A stretch of 63,972 nt of DNA, filler included, from Choristocarpus tenellus KU-1152 (Eukaryota; Protista; Phaeophyceae), in NCBI GenBank assembly GCA_964200185.2. It is 10 parts of 10 records of this genome, joined end to end, with 100 filler letters (N's around TTAATTAATTAA, not from the genome) between each part and the next. Parts side by side here need not be neighbours in the genome. Positions count along the whole stretch, not along the records: positions 61,370 to 63,972 come from CAXNAD020026368.1; 9 more parts are not named here. One strand, given 5' to 3'. A program made the position numbers and the translations under genes. Positions 62,148-63,972 of the stretch are shown one piece after another. How positions within the stretch are numbered: the first letter of the stretch is position 1; the number at the start of each line of letters is the position of its first letter. The notes beneath the pieces were generated by a model. The model made no database searches and was not told where the DNA came from. It saw only the letters and a program-made list of their open reading frames with translations.

Positions 62148-63972
62148 AAAACTACACTTCGAATTTTACTTTGGTACCTCGGTGAGGGAACGAACAAGAA
62201 CCTCTTCCATAGATATATATATATATATATCTCTGTGTATACATATTTTGTGAAATATTTTTTTACCTTCGTTTGTACCTCGACAAAATACATCCACGCA
62301 TGCTCGTCAAAGGAGGCGTAGGAAAATACAAGCTCACAACAATTAATTTGGAAACAAAATATGTAAGTGCTTGTTTCCGTAAAACAGCTGGGGCATTTAG
62401 GTTCCCGTCCACACCATCACCACTACATAAATATTCCTGCACGTTGGTAGTATAGGCATGTTTGCTGAGCGAACTGCACTTGGATTCAAAATCCCACCAG
62501 AACAAGTCCAGGACTCCAGGCCGTAAATGAATGGAAGTTGAGGTGTTGATCATTATTGCATCAAAAAAGACCAGCAGGGGGATTGTGTAATACACATCAA
62601 ATATCAATAGAAAGCAGTGATGCTACTTGTCATTTCTCCATCAAACACAAAGATCCACACTTTAATATTTGAAGCAATACTACTACTTCTGTACATACCT
62701 GAAAAAATGGATAATTAAATACTCTGGAGTAGATGTTACAGCAAAACTTATTAGCCAATAAATTGTTACAGGAAGTTGTTGAAAGAGACTGCAGCTCCTG
62801 CTGTCGATGACACTACTTTGGATCAAATAGAACGGGGTCCATAAAACACATTCAAGACAAGGCCAACCTGAGTCTGATCTCTTTTGCTCCCATGACTGAA
62901 CTCTTGCCCTCCTCATGCGAAAGTCATCCTGAATCAATAAGTATGATGTGACTTGAACCACCTCTGTGTCTTGCTGCATGATGAAGGCTTAGCACTCCAA
63001 AACATCCCTTTTTATTTAACTCACTATTCAATCCACCACTTGTAGAATAAGTGAATGTCTTAAGGCAAAATGGATCATGGGCCTTGCTGAAAAGCATGCC
63101 CTTGTCTATGCTGGAAGTGGAATGCTAATATTTTTTCACTGCACTTACATCATACCAACACAAAACATCAAACCACTAACAGAGAGAGTTTGGGTAACTA
63201 GGGCATCACTCACGTAAATAAGTACAAACTGCTCTATGTACGGGCTTTCCTTGGTAGTGAGACAGCAATAGTGTCCTACTATAAGCTAGAGATTATTGCT
63301 TTGGCCTCTCCCTCTTGACAAGGACTTGCTCAAGGCCTCCTGAGTTCTTCAATTGTATTTTACTCTTCATAAACTACGATCAATAGGCAAATCAATCCTC
63401 AATCCTCAATGCTTCCCTCAGACAACCCTCGCTTGATGGCCTCTCTCCAGAGCTCCTCCAGCTGGCTTTCTGAGAGTGGCTCGTAAACCTTGAAAGTTCA
63501 CACAGTGTAATGGCAATAGCACCAAAAATGAGACAAGATAGCTTTAGTAATGCTGTAGGCAATACTTTATATCTGAAGGAGATAAGAACCAGTAAGACAA
63601 TCATTGACCAATGTCACAATCATGTCTTACTTCTGGTGTACCCATCACGTAATAATTGGACACTGAGGCATTCTAACTCTGTATTATAAAATATGTAGGC
63701 TATACTGTTTTGCAATGAATCACTGCGACATGTACATATTTTTCATTCTGCGACAACTCTTGCTGGCAGACCTTGGCTAAGTGTAGGTGCATCTATAATA
63801 CCTACTTTTGCTTTCCATAGATTGCATAGGAATCAATACACAAGTTGGAACATCACATCCGTGTTAAAATCAGAACAAAGACCAAAAGTATCTGGGGGGG
63901 GGGGGGGGGGGGTCTACACCAGAGTGTCCATTTAAAACAAACCAGGAAAAGTGCACTTTTATTATCCATATG

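Noticed and set aside
1-63972. Treating all the genes as one functional cluster
   Set aside because: They lie on about 10 separate concatenated contigs. Only within-contig neighbours are informative.

Overview
Eukaryotic, intron-rich genomic DNA. It is most likely a stramenopile (brown alga or close ochrophyte), inferred from the GT2 cellulose-synthase type, the intron density and the retroelement remnants. The window is not one locus: about 10 contigs are joined by artificial ~100-bp N-TTAATTAATTAA-N linkers, so adjacency across linkers is meaningless. Most ORFs in the supplied track are spurious or single exons. Genes rebuilt by hand from splice sites: Rab escort protein (partial), an unknown divergent partner gene, an ECH1-like dienoyl-CoA isomerase, cytosolic IleRS (complete except one conserved exon), the 5' part of cytosolic LeuRS head-to-head with IleRS, a GT2 cellulose synthase(-like) fragment, a WD40-like gene divergent from a signal-peptide/WW-domain gene, the 3' part of a P4-ATPase flippase, an R2R3-MYB gene missed by the ORF track, and tRNA-Gly(GCC). 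Mobile DNA: a decayed Ty1/copia element carrying two nested MITEs of a family seen at 7 places in the window, plus CRE-like and LINE remnants. I found no convincing new multi-gene system. The best leads are the missing IleRS editing-site exon, the divergent IleRS/LeuRS pair and the AAAGTATCT-TIR MITE family.
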